A DNA stretch of 54,311 bases, from the IMG/VR virus record IMGVR_UViG_3300014501_000541, positions 1-54,311 of that record. One strand, given 5' to 3'. The notes beneath the pieces are model-generated. The model ran no database searches. It worked only from the letters and a program-made list of their open reading frames with translations, and was not told the origin of the DNA. Position 1 is the stretch's first letter, and every line of letters starts with the position of its first letter. This DNA comes from a virus (Duplodnaviria; Caudoviricetes). Below, in pieces: positions 7,725-18,133 of this stretch. The position numbers and the translations under genes were made by a program.

Positions 7725-8605
7725 AGAATTTGTTCTACGTCTTCAATAATTTCTTCGACCTTTTCTTCGAGAGATTCTTTTTGCGGGACGGTCGCGTCGC
7801 TTTGCGGGATTTGTTCCGCGACCTGGCTTGCTTGGCTCACAATGGCTTGCAGTTGCGCGAGAGGAACATCGAGCGCCGTGCCGGATTCGTAAAAGAATTC
7901 TGGCGTGATGTATTGCTTGTTAATCATCTTTATTGCGAATGCGGGGTTTGGATCGGCAGAGTCTATGACGCGAATTGAATCGGCAGAGTATCCGTCGGCG
8001 ACCACAAAATGTCCGTCCGTTGGCGTCGTGAAGGTCGGCGTCGCCGTGCCCCAAAATCCGTCGTCGCATTTGATGAGGATCAAGACAGCTTTGTTCTGAT
8101 AGATGGCTTGCTGCAAATCTTCGAACGTGAGGGCGTCGAACGCATAAGAGATTATTTTGTGGTTGGTGGCATCGAGTCCCATGTCTTCGCTCACGACGCT
8201 CGGGTCGCAATAGGTGGGCAGTGAAAGCGTCACGTCGTTTTCAAGTGGCTCATAACTATCTGCGCCGATCATCTTCAACCATGTGAAGATGGCCGTCATC
8301 GTCGTTCCGGCATCAATCGGGAATCCATCATAGACGGATGATTTGGGGTCCTTTATTTTGATCGCGCCGAAACGGGGCGTGAAGCGAGGCGTGGAGCCAT
8401 TGTCCTGATGTTCGAGGATCGCTTTCAAATGGGTTCCGGCATGTTCGCCGCAAAAAGGAGTTTCTCCCTGGAAATTCCTTTGGAGCCAAGAGTTGTCGGG
8501 CAAAAATGTTGCCGGAATGGAAACGGGCGCTTGAACCTTGCCGAGAAGAATGTCGCGTTCATCTTTCGGCCGTGGAAGTGCCCCCAGTTTCGTGCGGTCT
8601 TGCAT
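7721..8605 (-). CDS. Papain-fold cysteine peptidase (candidate endolysin)
   Basis: QG.T..C, GHFVVADGY, VIDS triad pattern; lysis-module position. Confidence 0.65.
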   Translation of the reverse strand: MQDRTKLGALPRPKDERDILLGKVQAPVSIPATFLPDNSWLQRNFQGETPFCGEHAGTHLKAILEHQDNGSTPRFTPRFGAIKIKDPKSSVYDGFPIDAGTTMTAIFTWLKMIGADSYEPLENDVTLSLPTYCDPSVVSEDMGLDATNHKIISYAFDALTFEDLQQAIYQNKAVLILIKCDDGFWGTATPTFTTPTDGHFVVADGYSADSIRVIDSADPNPAFAIKMINKQYITPEFFYESGTALDVPLAQLQAIVSQASQVAEQIPQSDATVPQKESLEEKVEEIIEDVEQIL

Positions 8606-8730
8606 TACTTCTAATTGTGATGAGTTTTGGAAGTTTGTCCAGGTGAGTTATGCACTCCCCTCCCCTGCCGTGGGTGTCTTAAATGGCGATTTTGCTTAGG
8701 AAAATGCGATACCCGCTCCGGAGTAGGGGA

Positions 8731-8991
8731 TTATCTTACGAACTTTAAGATGAGCGCGGTAATGGCCACGATTGCGGTCAAGATGTTGAAGACGATAAGC
8801 CAGAGGGATGAGAATCCTTTACTACGTCCTTCCTGCGACGCGCGCCACTTTTCGAGTGATTCCACGCGCGCGACGACGTTATCCGCGAGTGAATCGAACT
8901 TGTCGCTTAAATTGTCGAATTTCGTGTCAAGCCTGATAAGCAAGTCGTGATCGGCGGAAGCGACGGAGTTTTGGGTGGTTTCTTCGGGCAT
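8731..8991 (-). CDS. Coiled-coil plus C-terminal TM protein (holin/XhlA-like)
   Basis: HDLLIRLDTK coiled coil and a single C-terminal TM helix. Confidence 0.6.
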   Translation of the reverse strand: MPEETTQNSVASADHDLLIRLDTKFDNLSDKFDSLADNVVARVESLEKWRASQEGRSKGFSSLWLIVFNILTAIVAITALILKFVR

Positions 8992-8995
8992 GGTG

Positions 8996-10330
8996 TTATG
9001 AGGCGTCCCACACAAAATCAACAGCGTACGCGGTATTATTGGTTGCCCAAGTGAGATAGATATTGGTGGCATCTACCGTGATCGATGCATAGAACTGGCC
9101 ATTGGCGGTTGCGCTATAAAACAGAAGAATATAGCCTGTATTTTGCAATTGGGAAGTACCACTTCCGCTGCTGAACATTTGATAAACGGCTTGGGTGCCG
9201 TTGTACTCGCCGGAGCAAAAACTCCACACGGTGCCTGTGCTAAAGCCTCCGTACATTTTTATATTGGCTGGTGTTCGTCCTAGACCGTGGGCGATGGTTT
9301 GTGATCCGGTCGTACTACGGGTGCCGATTCCATTCGTATGCGTCACAGTGAGTGGCTGGTAGGAGGGATTCGCTCCTGCGCCACCTGTCGTGAGTGCGTA
9401 ACCTGCGGTTCCTGGTGTTAGGAGTACCCATGCGGAGCCGTTGTAATACAGGATGTCGCCTTGCGCGTCGCTGCCGGGATCGAAGATGACAACGCCCGAT
9501 GCGATTTGGGAAGCGGTTGAAATATACGTCCCGCCGAGGAGTGGACGAACATCGTTGTAGATATAGCCCTGGCTCGTCTGTTGATTTTCGTTTTCGTAGA
9601 GTGCGGTTTCACCGACTACGTTATAGAGTTCGCAAATTACTACTTTGCCGGTTGGATAGGTCGGCGCGACGGGTGAAGCGTTTTCGGTTCCCGTCGTCCA
9701 CGCAAGCGTGCCGGAAGAATCGGCTGCGAGCACATCGATGCGGGGATGCGAGCTTGGGGCTGTCACGGTGGGCGTTGAACCTCCTGTGAAAAGAACGCGC
9801 GTCGTGCCCACGAAATAGGTGCCATCTTCGACGTAGAGCTGCATCGTTTGCGCGGTCCAAGTGGCACTTGTCACGGTAATGCCCGTGATATTGAAGCTCG
9901 TGAGTGGGCCAGTCAGACCGTTCACGTTTTTATTCAGCGAAAATGGGACGATATTTGTCGAAGATCCGGGCCATGCCCAGCCGACGTATTCGAGCAACAA
10001 TTGGTTGCCGGCGGAAGCGGCGACTTGGGTCGAGGTTGTGAGATCCGGGCGGCGAAGGAAATTGATGAGATTAGTGGTGAAAGCAAGAGCCGAACCGCCG
10101 ATGAGTACGTTATTCGCGGTTGAGCCGATCGAAGTCACGGCAGTCACGGTGATGGTGGTGCCGTTGATCACGATGGGAACTACCTGGCCGTTCGTAGGCT
10201 CGGTGCCGAGTGCCAAAGTTCCAAGCTGCTGGTGCGCCAAAAGGAAACTGCCGCCGCGAGCGTCATCGCGCCGATCATTGTGATGGGAGGCGAGAACATT
10301 CTGATTATTTTCAATCGGACGAGATTTCAT
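8996..10330 (-). CDS. Tail fibre / tail-tip protein
   Basis: T/G/S-rich, GDILYY..W..L..GT.G and IAHGLGRTP motifs; end of tail module. Confidence 0.7.
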   Translation of the reverse strand: MKSRPIENNQNVLASHHNDRRDDARGGSFLLAHQQLGTLALGTEPTNGQVVPIVINGTTITVTAVTSIGSTANNVLIGGSALAFTTNLINFLRRPDLTTSTQVAASAGNQLLLEYVGWAWPGSSTNIVPFSLNKNVNGLTGPLTSFNITGITVTSATWTAQTMQLYVEDGTYFVGTTRVLFTGGSTPTVTAPSSHPRIDVLAADSSGTLAWTTGTENASPVAPTYPTGKVVICELYNVVGETALYENENQQTSQGYIYNDVRPLLGGTYISTASQIASGVVIFDPGSDAQGDILYYNGSAWVLLTPGTAGYALTTGGAGANPSYQPLTVTHTNGIGTRSTTGSQTIAHGLGRTPANIKMYGGFSTGTVWSFCSGEYNGTQAVYQMFSSGSGTSQLQNTGYILLFYSATANGQFYASITVDATNIYLTWATNNTAYAVDFVWDAS

Positions 10331-10332
10331 TC

Positions 10333-10899
10333 CTAGGAATTGGCGATAGCGATATCCACCTCCACGGTTGTGTCTGAACCGGCCGATTTTGAATAGGCGC
10401 TCGCGAAGAGCGCATGATTGAACATATTGCCAGAGCCGATTACTGAGCTCGCGGTTGAGCCGCCGAATGTCCCGAACTCGTAATAATTTTCATTCGCAAG
10501 GACGGAATCAGGGAAAAAGAACTGCAAGACGGCCGTATTGAACGCGCTGTCATAGGCGTAGCTCACGGATGCTCGGTTCGTCGGCGTCGTGAGCGCCGTA
10601 TCGGAGAGGGCGGGTGTCGTCATTCCCGTTCCGATCTCGCCCCACGAAGGGCCGAGGGAGAAATTGAGGGAGCCGGTGTAGCCGCTGATGAGATATTGAA
10701 TAAGGATATCGATGCCGTAGTTCGATGAGTCAACGATAAGGTTCTTTTGCTCGATCTCGATTTTCCCGCCTTCGATAAGCTCGCGGGCGAGATCGTTGCG
10801 ACCGAGCTGGACCAGCGAATCGTAGAGATGCAACGTGCCGGCCGGATGTGAGCGGACGATTATCTTTCCTGAAATGGTGAGGCCTTCGGGTGACTGCAT
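10333..10899 (-). CDS. Minor tail protein
   Basis: NLIV..G, IGTG.T.P..SDT.L motif typical of tail-tip proteins. Confidence 0.65.
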   Translation of the reverse strand: MQSPEGLTISGKIIVRSHPAGTLHLYDSLVQLGRNDLARELIEGGKIEIEQKNLIVDSSNYGIDILIQYLISGYTGSLNFSLGPSWGEIGTGMTTPALSDTALTTPTNRASVSYAYDSAFNTAVLQFFFPDSVLANENYYEFGTFGGSTASSVIGSGNMFNHALFASAYSKSAGSDTTVEVDIAIANS

Positions 10900-10912
10900 T
10901 GGAGGGATTACT

Positions 10913-12427
10913 TTAAGAATACACCGCAAACCCATAACGGGGCTGTGGAGAAGTCGGGCCGTACTTGTAGGGTTTACTGCCGGACGTAGCCGTGACGGTA
11001 TCGGTAAGTTCAAGATCTTCGGCGGTGTAGGTGAGATTTTCGGTGATCGTCGTATCGTCAACGGTCGTTTGGGTCTGTTCGTTTTGAAGAATGGTCGTCA
11101 TGAGGTCGGTGAACGTGACCGTATCCGAGCCGATACATTCGATCTGATATTGCAACATGCTGTTGATGCCGAGGGTGTCGTCGCCGGGGGTGTAGCCGAC
11201 GGCCTCGATGCGTTTGATGACGAGGTTGTAATTGGTTATGCCCATGGCGGGGATATTGGCATTAATGGTCTGCCCGATGCGACACCCTGGAACGAGCGTA
11301 TTGAATTTCACGTCGTATACCGGATGGCCGAACTGGAGGATTTGGGCCTCGGCGCGCAACTGCGCTTCCGGGACGGACGTGATTGTCGCATCGGTCACGA
11401 CACCCTGGCGTTCGCCATAGAGGGCAATGCTTTCCGCGTTGAAAGCGTGGGCGACAATCGGAACCTGCGCCGTGCCAAAAATCTTGACGACGCCTCCGGA
11501 TGTCGGCGCTCCTGCGGTGAACTGGATGAACCGGCCGGCATCGCTGTAAAGCACCTGGACGCTCGATGGGTCGGTTACCTGGTTCAAAATGCCGACGCTT
11601 TGGGGCGTGCCGTTTAATTCGACAACGATCGTGCTTGAGCTGTAGGCATAGGCGACGGGGAAGGTGTTCGCGGTGCCGTTCGTGGGATATACGTCGTTGG
11701 TCGTTGATGAGGTGAACATGACGGGTAACGTACCGCCGATCACATAAACGCTGTTCTGCATGTTCGTGATCTGCAGGTCGATGTCGAGCGAGTTCCATTG
11801 GATATCGGAGCCGGTGTTCCCGCCGGCCGCGTTGATAACGATTGGCGCAACACCGCCGTCTCCGATAGCGCCCCCACCTGCACCGTCATCAACGTCCCCA
11901 AGGAAGAAATAAATGGTTTTGTCCGGGCCGATGAACCAATCCCATCCGATGAGTTTTGCGAGCGACTGGAGTGCCTTCGATGGCTGCTGATAATTGAACT
12001 TGATCGTTTCGACGAGAAAATTGCCCCGCTGGACGCCGTTCAGGTTGAAACCCTTCCCTGAGCAGAAGGTATTCACGATGTCCGCGACGATGTCGGCAGG
12101 GTCCATGCCGGCGTAATTCTTTTTGACCAACGTTCCGTCGAGAAGATAGCCCCAATCGGTTGCGGTGTATTGATAGAGGACGCGCAGCCCTTCGATGATG
12201 GGTTCCTGCTCGGTGAGCGTTCCGCCCCACGTGAGGCCGCTTGAATCGTAGAGCTCGATCGTGTCGCCGATCGCAGGAAGCGACGGCATGTTGGCGTAGT
12301 TTGCCTTGAGTGAAAAGGTTAATGTGCCGGTTTCTTTTGTGAGAACAGAGATGGCGTCGATGGATTTCCATTCCACCATTTTGGAAATGTCTGTCCCGTT
12401 GTCGAGAATTTTGACGGGATTCGCCAT
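10913..12427 (-). CDS. Tail tip / baseplate hub-like protein
   Basis: Follows tape measure; SIALYG.R...VTD..I motif. Confidence 0.7.
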   Translation of the reverse strand: MANPVKILDNGTDISKMVEWKSIDAISVLTKETGTLTFSLKANYANMPSLPAIGDTIELYDSSGLTWGGTLTEQEPIIEGLRVLYQYTATDWGYLLDGTLVKKNYAGMDPADIVADIVNTFCSGKGFNLNGVQRGNFLVETIKFNYQQPSKALQSLAKLIGWDWFIGPDKTIYFFLGDVDDGAGGGAIGDGGVAPIVINAAGGNTGSDIQWNSLDIDLQITNMQNSVYVIGGTLPVMFTSSTTNDVYPTNGTANTFPVAYAYSSSTIVVELNGTPQSVGILNQVTDPSSVQVLYSDAGRFIQFTAGAPTSGGVVKIFGTAQVPIVAHAFNAESIALYGERQGVVTDATITSVPEAQLRAEAQILQFGHPVYDVKFNTLVPGCRIGQTINANIPAMGITNYNLVIKRIEAVGYTPGDDTLGINSMLQYQIECIGSDTVTFTDLMTTILQNEQTQTTVDDTTITENLTYTAEDLELTDTVTATSGSKPYKYGPTSPQPRYGFAVYS

Positions 12428-12428
12428 G

Positions 12429-14135
12429 CTACGTGCGGTAGTTCGTGACTCTTATTTGCTGAATAATTTGCCGGGCAAGGGCATTGCCGATCATCGTCGC
12501 GCCCTGCGAATCGAGATAATTTCCTCCTTGGATGAAAACTTGAATGGTTTGACCTCCGGCTCCCGCTCCCGCGCCAGAGAGCGGTATCACGGCTTCCGGT
12601 CCGGCCTCACCAATCATCGCGAGGGTAGGTCCCAAGACGATGCCTCCGTCTGCAAGCATCGGGATATCCGGAATATTGAAGCCAAGGTTGACTGCCGGTG
12701 TGCCGAGCTTCGTGCCGGGAATTTGAATGGCGGGTATCGAAATGTGGATGGCGTCGAGCGCATTGATAAAACCATTAATAGCTGAGATCACGTCGTTAAC
12801 GCCCGTCTTCACGGTGTTCTCGATAGTCGTCCAGATATTGGTTATGAAATTACTGATATCGGTCCACACTTCTTCCGTTTCTGTCCGTATAAGATTCCAA
12901 TTGAAAAAGACTGCGGCGGCGAGCGCAACAATAGCGAGAGTGACTATCCCAATGGGTGATGTAAGTGCGGCGATGGCGATTCCTGCGGCTGCCATAATGG
13001 GCGTGACGGTGATCCAAGCAAAAGCCAGAACCCCTATCACGAGTGCAAGGGCTGCGATCGCTGCCGAACCGAGAATGATGGCGTCAGTCAGTTTTGGATG
13101 CGCTTCCGCCCACGCCGCGACATCTTGGATGATGGGCTCGAAGTCCTTTGCGAGCGCATCCATGAGTGGCAAAAGATCGTTCCCTATGACCGTTCCCAAT
13201 GCTGTGAGCTGATTACTAAGTTGCGTAAGAGCCGCGCCCGGTGCTCCTGCTGCTGCGGTTGCAACGCCTCCGATTGAATTCTGCAGCGTTTGAAGGATGA
13301 CTGCGTCTGCCCCGGCCGTGTCGCCAGCCTTCGCCAGGTTCTCAATCATCGTCACAGTGGCCGCCGGAAAATCAATGTTGCCCTGGCGAATAAGTTGGTT
13401 TAATCCGGCGACGGGATCGGTAAGAGCGTTCGTGAGCATCCGGGTCGCATTCGGGAGGTCGGTACCCATCTTCGTAGCAAGATCGGCGGCCATGAGCGTC
13501 GTCTCCTGATATGACCCTTGTAACTGGGTGTGGCTTACGATCAGGGCTTCCGATGAGAGCACGTCCTGCTGCGAGAAAAGTGTCGTGGACTGCAATTGCT
13601 GCGCATAGGCCTGAATTTGGGATAACGGGATTGCCGAGCCAGTGTCTTTGAGTATTTGGACGATCTGCGCCGAGGTCTCATCCCATGCCTGTGCCGAGGT
13701 GATCGCATCGCCAATGACGTTTTTGAGGGCAAGGAAGCCTATCCCTGCGACGGCTGTGAGACCTGCATATGCGCCGGCAGAAGTCGTGGCTGCTTCTTCG
13801 CTCGACGATGCAATCGTGGCGTTTGCTTCGGCGATGGTGGCGGCCGCCTCTTGCGAGGAAACGCCTTCTGATGTCATCACGTCGATGATCTCATCGGAAG
13901 TTTGTTGGGCAATGTCGGCGGCCAATGCAAAAGACTGCTCTTGGGTGAGCAGTGCATTTTCTATTTCGCCTGTCGTTTCGTTTACTTGGAGTCCGAAGTC
14001 TTCAAAACTTGCGCTGGCTGCTGATGTCGATTCGGCGACCTCATCGCCTAAAGCGCTGGCGGCCTCGCCCACTTCAGCCATCGTTTCCGACGCTTCATCA
14101 ACGGCTGAGATTAGGATTTCGAGTTCGGACTCCAT
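12429..14135 (-). CDS. Tape measure protein
   Basis: Ala-rich helical, central TM segments, C-terminal IPMLADGGIV..PTLAMIGEAGPEAVIPL. Confidence 0.9.
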   Translation of the reverse strand: MESELEILISAVDEASETMAEVGEAASALGDEVAESTSAASASFEDFGLQVNETTGEIENALLTQEQSFALAADIAQQTSDEIIDVMTSEGVSSQEAAATIAEANATIASSSEEAATTSAGAYAGLTAVAGIGFLALKNVIGDAITSAQAWDETSAQIVQILKDTGSAIPLSQIQAYAQQLQSTTLFSQQDVLSSEALIVSHTQLQGSYQETTLMAADLATKMGTDLPNATRMLTNALTDPVAGLNQLIRQGNIDFPAATVTMIENLAKAGDTAGADAVILQTLQNSIGGVATAAAGAPGAALTQLSNQLTALGTVIGNDLLPLMDALAKDFEPIIQDVAAWAEAHPKLTDAIILGSAAIAALALVIGVLAFAWITVTPIMAAAGIAIAALTSPIGIVTLAIVALAAAVFFNWNLIRTETEEVWTDISNFITNIWTTIENTVKTGVNDVISAINGFINALDAIHISIPAIQIPGTKLGTPAVNLGFNIPDIPMLADGGIVLGPTLAMIGEAGPEAVIPLSGAGAGAGGQTIQVFIQGGNYLDSQGATMIGNALARQIIQQIRVTNYRT

Positions 14136-14169
14136 GAACGGCTAGGATTGCGGATGTTTGTTTTTGTTC

Positions 14170-14448
14170 TTACACGACAGCGTGTGCCAACTCACCTTTC
14201 CAGTGGCAATTTTTGCAACGCGATGTTCCGCGCCGTAATTTTGGGACTACCCAGGAAATGAGCATGATCGGCACAAAAAAGATATCAAGAATGAGCGTAG
14301 GGATAATGAGAAGAAAACCTACGAGAAATACGCACAGGACGATGGTGAGTGCGTTTGTCATTACAAAAGCCAATGTTGCCGCGAGTGCGAAACTAACGGT
14401 GGTTACTTTGAATTGCCCGCAATTCGGACACTTCTTAGGTTCAAACAT
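14170..14448 (-). CDS. Zn-ribbon membrane protein (moron)
   Basis: CxxC - two TM - CxxC; own TTGCCA-N17-CATAGT promoter at 14488-14516. Confidence 0.65.
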   Translation of the reverse strand: MFEPKKCPNCGQFKVTTVSFALAATLAFVMTNALTIVLCVFLVGFLLIIPTLILDIFFVPIMLISWVVPKLRRGTSRCKNCHWKGELAHAVV

Positions 14449-14518
14449 TTGATTTTAAGGATTGGTTTTCGACCTTTCGACCCCCTAACTATGCCCCGTT
14501 ATTTAAATACTGGCAAGG

Positions 14519-14740
14519 TTATGCCTTGTTACGACGATTCGTTTCTTCAGCTTCGTTTTGAAGCATGGAGAGAAGCATCACAATGAACCATTGCGGCTGC
14601 TCTCGGTATTCCTGGAACTTCCACTTCATTTCCCGACAAAGAAGAACCATCTTCATCTCAGCCGGGAGATTTTCGCGGCCTTTGGCGAAGAACGAATGCC
14701 AGAGGTGGTCTACTGACTCGTCTTCGCCTCCGTAAAATCC
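14519..14740 (-). CDS. -1 frameshift extension of tail assembly chaperone
   Basis: Slippery G GAT TTT at 14734-14740; -1 frame open to TAA 14519 (..REMKWKFQEYREQPQWF..). Confidence 0.65.
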   Translation of the reverse strand, partial: GFYGGEDESVDHLWHSFFAKGRENLPAEMKMVLLCREMKWKFQEYREQPQWFIVMLLSMLQNEAEETNRRNKA

Positions 14741-15006
14741 GCGTTCGTGAGTTTCGCTACTTCCTTACTGAGGAAGAGATAATCTGCGAGAGGAAGTTCC
14801 CGAAGGGCATTTGGGATGTTCTCTTTCGAGCCGTTCAGCGACACAACGGCGATTGCGACGAGCCGTTTGGCAAGCTCGCTTTTCGGAACCTCGGCGTCGT
14901 CTTTGGATTCTGTTGCATCGAGGAATTCCCCGGCGGAGATATATTCCTTGAGTTCTGCCACTACACCTGACGGCGTGGTGAGCGTTTTGGTTTTGCGTTC
15001 TGACAT
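14710..15006 (-). CDS. Tail assembly chaperone
   Basis: Position between tail tube and tape measure. Confidence 0.75.
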   Translation of the reverse strand: MSERKTKTLTTPSGVVAELKEYISAGEFLDATESKDDAEVPKSELAKRLVAIAVVSLNGSKENIPNALRELPLADYLFLSKEVAKLTNADFTEAKTSQ

Positions 15007-15033
15007 GGTGAGGATTTTTGTTTTGTTTTTCGA

Positions 15034-16032
15034 CTAGGCGTAGGTGCCTGAAATGGTGTTTTGCAAAACGATCTTGATCATTTCGCTGTTCGCGAGCGAA
15101 TACGTGGCCCTGAACTTGACTGTTTGGTATACGAGGTCTTTAACCTTGATGGGACGGGAATATTCCGTGAACGCGACCTGGTCAAGCGTAATGGCAAGTG
15201 TGGGATTCGACGAGCTGCCGATCGTTACATCGGTGTTCGTAAGCGTGATGCCCATTGCCTGAAGAACGTTCGGCGTTGCAAGGGCGACGGTCTTGAAGTC
15301 GGTGAGGTTCTGGTAGATTGCCTCAAACTGGCCTTCCACTTTGAATTCCTTGTTAAGGAAATCTGCGGGGGCGACGCTTCCCAATACTTCCTGGTCTTCG
15401 ATGTTCTCGTCGATAGAAAGCTTGATGGACTTCAAGGCAATAGCGGTCGCGCCCGACAGTCCGGATACCGAGGTCGCGTACTTGAATGACATGTACTGCG
15501 GGATAAAGCGGTTCTCGGAGAGAAGGGATGGGGTAAATGATGACTGCGACACGCCTTTTTGCGCCCGCGCGGACACTGAAAGCTGGACGAATTTCTTCAG
15601 CTCAGCGTCGATGTCCATTTTGTGGATAACGCCGTTTGCGTGGGAGTAGTCCGTGCCGGAAAGCGGATCGTGGATGAAGAGCGTGAGCGACTGATGCTGC
15701 GCGGTTTCGCCGACCGTGAAGGTATGGGCGTAGACACCCGTTTGAACGGTTGATACGGACTGCGCTCCGAGCATTCCGAGAAAGAGAAGGCCGGTGCTCT
15801 GGTCCGTCATCGGGACCTTGAACGAGCCATCGGCATAGTTCTTTACGCGATACTCGTTGATTGCGTTTTCGATGACGCCAACGGCCTGATCGGCGACTAC
15901 GTTTTCATATTTCTCATCGATGCTTAAATCATCGAAGGGAAGCCAATAGGTGGCGGTGGAAATCGCGGTACCACGGGTGGATTCCTTTGCCAACCCGAGG
16001 GCGAAGAGTCGCCCGATTCCTTTTGCTGACAT
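15034..16032 (-). CDS. Major tail tube protein
   Basis: G.AKE..RGT N-terminus, beta-rich, position. Confidence 0.85.
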   Translation of the reverse strand: MSAKGIGRLFALGLAKESTRGTAISTATYWLPFDDLSIDEKYENVVADQAVGVIENAINEYRVKNYADGSFKVPMTDQSTGLLFLGMLGAQSVSTVQTGVYAHTFTVGETAQHQSLTLFIHDPLSGTDYSHANGVIHKMDIDAELKKFVQLSVSARAQKGVSQSSFTPSLLSENRFIPQYMSFKYATSVSGLSGATAIALKSIKLSIDENIEDQEVLGSVAPADFLNKEFKVEGQFEAIYQNLTDFKTVALATPNVLQAMGITLTNTDVTIGSSSNPTLAITLDQVAFTEYSRPIKVKDLVYQTVKFRATYSLANSEMIKIVLQNTISGTYA

Positions 16033-16034
16033 GG

Positions 16035-16295
16035 TTATTCGTTATTGGTTTCTTTTTCTGATTCGACCTTTCCGGGTTCGGCCGGGGTGAGCGGCTCGCG
16101 TTTCGCTTTATGGATTTCTTCCGCCTGTTCGCGGTTCGGCGCTCTTACAGTCATCGGTTTCCAGATGCCGCCGCCGGGGAAGAAATATTCATTGATAAGA
16201 ACGGACACGGCTCGGAGCGTGGTTGGCGAATCAGCCGCTTTATTTATCGCGTCTGAACTGTCAATTGCTTTGTTTGTTTTTTCGGGAATATCCAG
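16035..16295 (-). CDS. Small tail-region protein, probable CTG start (absent from ORF track)
   Basis: Open frame exactly filling the gap between flanking genes (LDIPEKTNKAI...EYFFPGGG...ETNNE). Confidence 0.55.
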   Translation of the reverse strand: MDIPEKTNKAIDSSDAINKAADSPTTLRAVSVLINEYFFPGGGIWKPMTVRAPNREQAEEIHKAKREPLTPAEPGKVESEKETNNE

Positions 16296-16307
16296 GATAG
16301 TGGTGGG

Positions 16308-16781
16308 TTAGTTTTGTTGGACGCCGGACGGGACGATTGCCCTTGCTTTTAATGATACATAGAAAAGGACGTAAGTTGTAGTGCCTGAATTCACAGGTCC
16401 TGGGGATTCAATAATCGTCGGGAAAACCGCGCCGTTTGCGGTTCCTTGAAGGGTGGCATCCATATTAAAGACTTGGATTATGTTGTCTTCAAGCCCTGCA
16501 AGGTAGGTCGGATCGTTTTTGGGTATATTGTCTGGCGTCGTGACTACCATGATGTACCACGTGTATTCCATGAGGTTTGTCACTGAATCCTCAAAAGTAT
16601 TGCCAGATACTATGGGAGGAATGACAACTGCTGAGGGAAAACCGGACCACGTGCGGTCGAGCGGATTAACTTTTGTTAGTGAATCTGCGGTCGCGGAGTT
16701 CAGTACGCCTGACGTTACGAGCGTCTGCAAGTCCGTGAGGATGGCGTTCATCTGCTGTTGTGCTGGGGTAAGGTTAGCCAT
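16308..16781 (-). CDS. Tail terminator-like neck protein
   Basis: Position after gp10-like gene; FPSAVV..P, DATLQG motifs. Confidence 0.65.
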   Translation of the reverse strand: MANLTPAQQQMNAILTDLQTLVTSGVLNSATADSLTKVNPLDRTWSGFPSAVVIPPIVSGNTFEDSVTNLMEYTWYIMVVTTPDNIPKNDPTYLAGLEDNIIQVFNMDATLQGTANGAVFPTIIESPGPVNSGTTTYVLFYVSLKARAIVPSGVQQN

Positions 16782-17244
16782 TGGTTTGTGAGGCGATTGC
16801 ACCCGTTATCTGCTGGAGGGCTTGTCCGAACATTTCAGTGATCTCTGGCTGCGCCGCTGAGACAATTCTCTCCATGAAAGGATTACTTTTTGTTCCAGGA
16901 TGATGAACGAGCGGCCCGAAAATTTGGCCCGTCTGTTGATTAGCCAATACTCGTTTATTCACGGCCCGGATAATATGCGGTGCGGTTCCGAATTCGACAA
17001 AGGGGGCATAGCTCGCTTTCGGATACCAGCGCGCCTGAAGATTGCCGACTTCGAACGCCCAATTTTGCACGAGGTAGCCGGTGCGCACCGGAACAATGCC
17101 TGCGGTGGTGAATTTGGCGAGGATCGCCTGTGCCGCGACAACTGCTTTCTGGACGATGGGAGCGGAGATAGCGGGATAGTTCGAAAGCGCTTCTTGGAGA
17201 GCGGGCAAGTTGGGTATTTCGACAGCGAAGGTTGAGGTAGGCAT
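16774..17244 (-). CDS. HK97 gp10-family protein
   Basis: PVRTGYL, YAPFVEFGT.PH.I, HPGT..NPFM. Confidence 0.85.
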   Translation of the reverse strand: MPTSTFAVEIPNLPALQEALSNYPAISAPIVQKAVVAAQAILAKFTTAGIVPVRTGYLVQNWAFEVGNLQARWYPKASYAPFVEFGTAPHIIRAVNKRVLANQQTGQIFGPLVHHPGTKSNPFMERIVSAAQPEITEMFGQALQQITGAIASQTNG

Positions 17245-17249
17245 TGAAG

Positions 17250-18125
17250 CTAGAAGGTCATGCCCACGCGGCGATAGTTTTCGATGGTGCGAAGATCGAT
17301 GGCGTCAAATTCGTTCCGCCACGCGGTCGTTGCGCCTTGCAAAGATTCGCTACTCTTCCCTGCGAGTCCCTGCCGCCTGAAGATCCGCTCCACGAGGTCT
17401 TCGCAGAGGTTCGTAAGGTCGGCGGGAAGCTGATGCGTAGATCCGTTGCCGGCGTTTTGCCAATCGACCGGGAAGCCGGCGACATATGTTGCGCGGAGCA
17501 TATTGCTGTATATGCGGGGCATGGGGCCGTAGACGCGCACGATGCCGGAATAGCCCTGCGATTCAAGTTCATATTGCGGCGCGAAGAAACTGGTCCAGCT
17601 TGGGTTATCCGGAGTACCGGCGCGCCACTGGAAGCTGATGAGGCCGGAAATTTCGAATATTGCGCCGGTCTGCGTGACCTGCGCGGGCTGGCTCATCGTC
17701 ACCGTGCTGCCGCTCACAGATAGAACGGTGGTACCGGACGGAAAAAGCCCTTGGATGGCATAGAGGGGCATATTCGGCACAATGCCGACGCTCGGTGTCA
17801 CACCCGTGACTACAGCGGAACCGAGCGTGAGGCTCCCGGTTACGATGAGGTACGTCACGGGCGCATTGCGGAGCACGAGATAAACCTGTTTCGTGCCGTG
17901 GATGCTATAGACCTCGTTCGTATAGGTCTTCTGGACGAAGTGCCCGTCGTTCGGGAAACGTTCCATGCCGCTCTTGCCGCATTCGCGTTCAATAAGATCG
18001 GTTGCGCCGTTAATGACGCGGGTAAGAACCGCATCGTTATCGCTAATCGCAATCGAAAGCCGGTCCTTTACACGTTGCAAGGTTGTGAGGGCATAGGAAG
18101 AAACTTGTTCCTGCTGGGTGGACAT
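17250..18125 (-). CDS. Head-tail connector (gp6-like) with inserted beta domain
   Basis: LTTLQRVK..L, IEREC, Y.AG, LPADL motifs. Confidence 0.8.
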   Translation of the reverse strand: MSTQQEQVSSYALTTLQRVKDRLSIAISDNDAVLTRVINGATDLIERECGKSGMERFPNDGHFVQKTYTNEVYSIHGTKQVYLVLRNAPVTYLIVTGSLTLGSAVVTGVTPSVGIVPNMPLYAIQGLFPSGTTVLSVSGSTVTMSQPAQVTQTGAIFEISGLISFQWRAGTPDNPSWTSFFAPQYELESQGYSGIVRVYGPMPRIYSNMLRATYVAGFPVDWQNAGNGSTHQLPADLTNLCEDLVERIFRRQGLAGKSSESLQGATTAWRNEFDAIDLRTIENYRRVGMTF

Positions 18126-18133
18126 TGATTTGT

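Noticed and set aside
8996-10330. Diversity-generating retroelement target
   Set aside because: No reverse transcriptase and no TR/VR repeat pair observed
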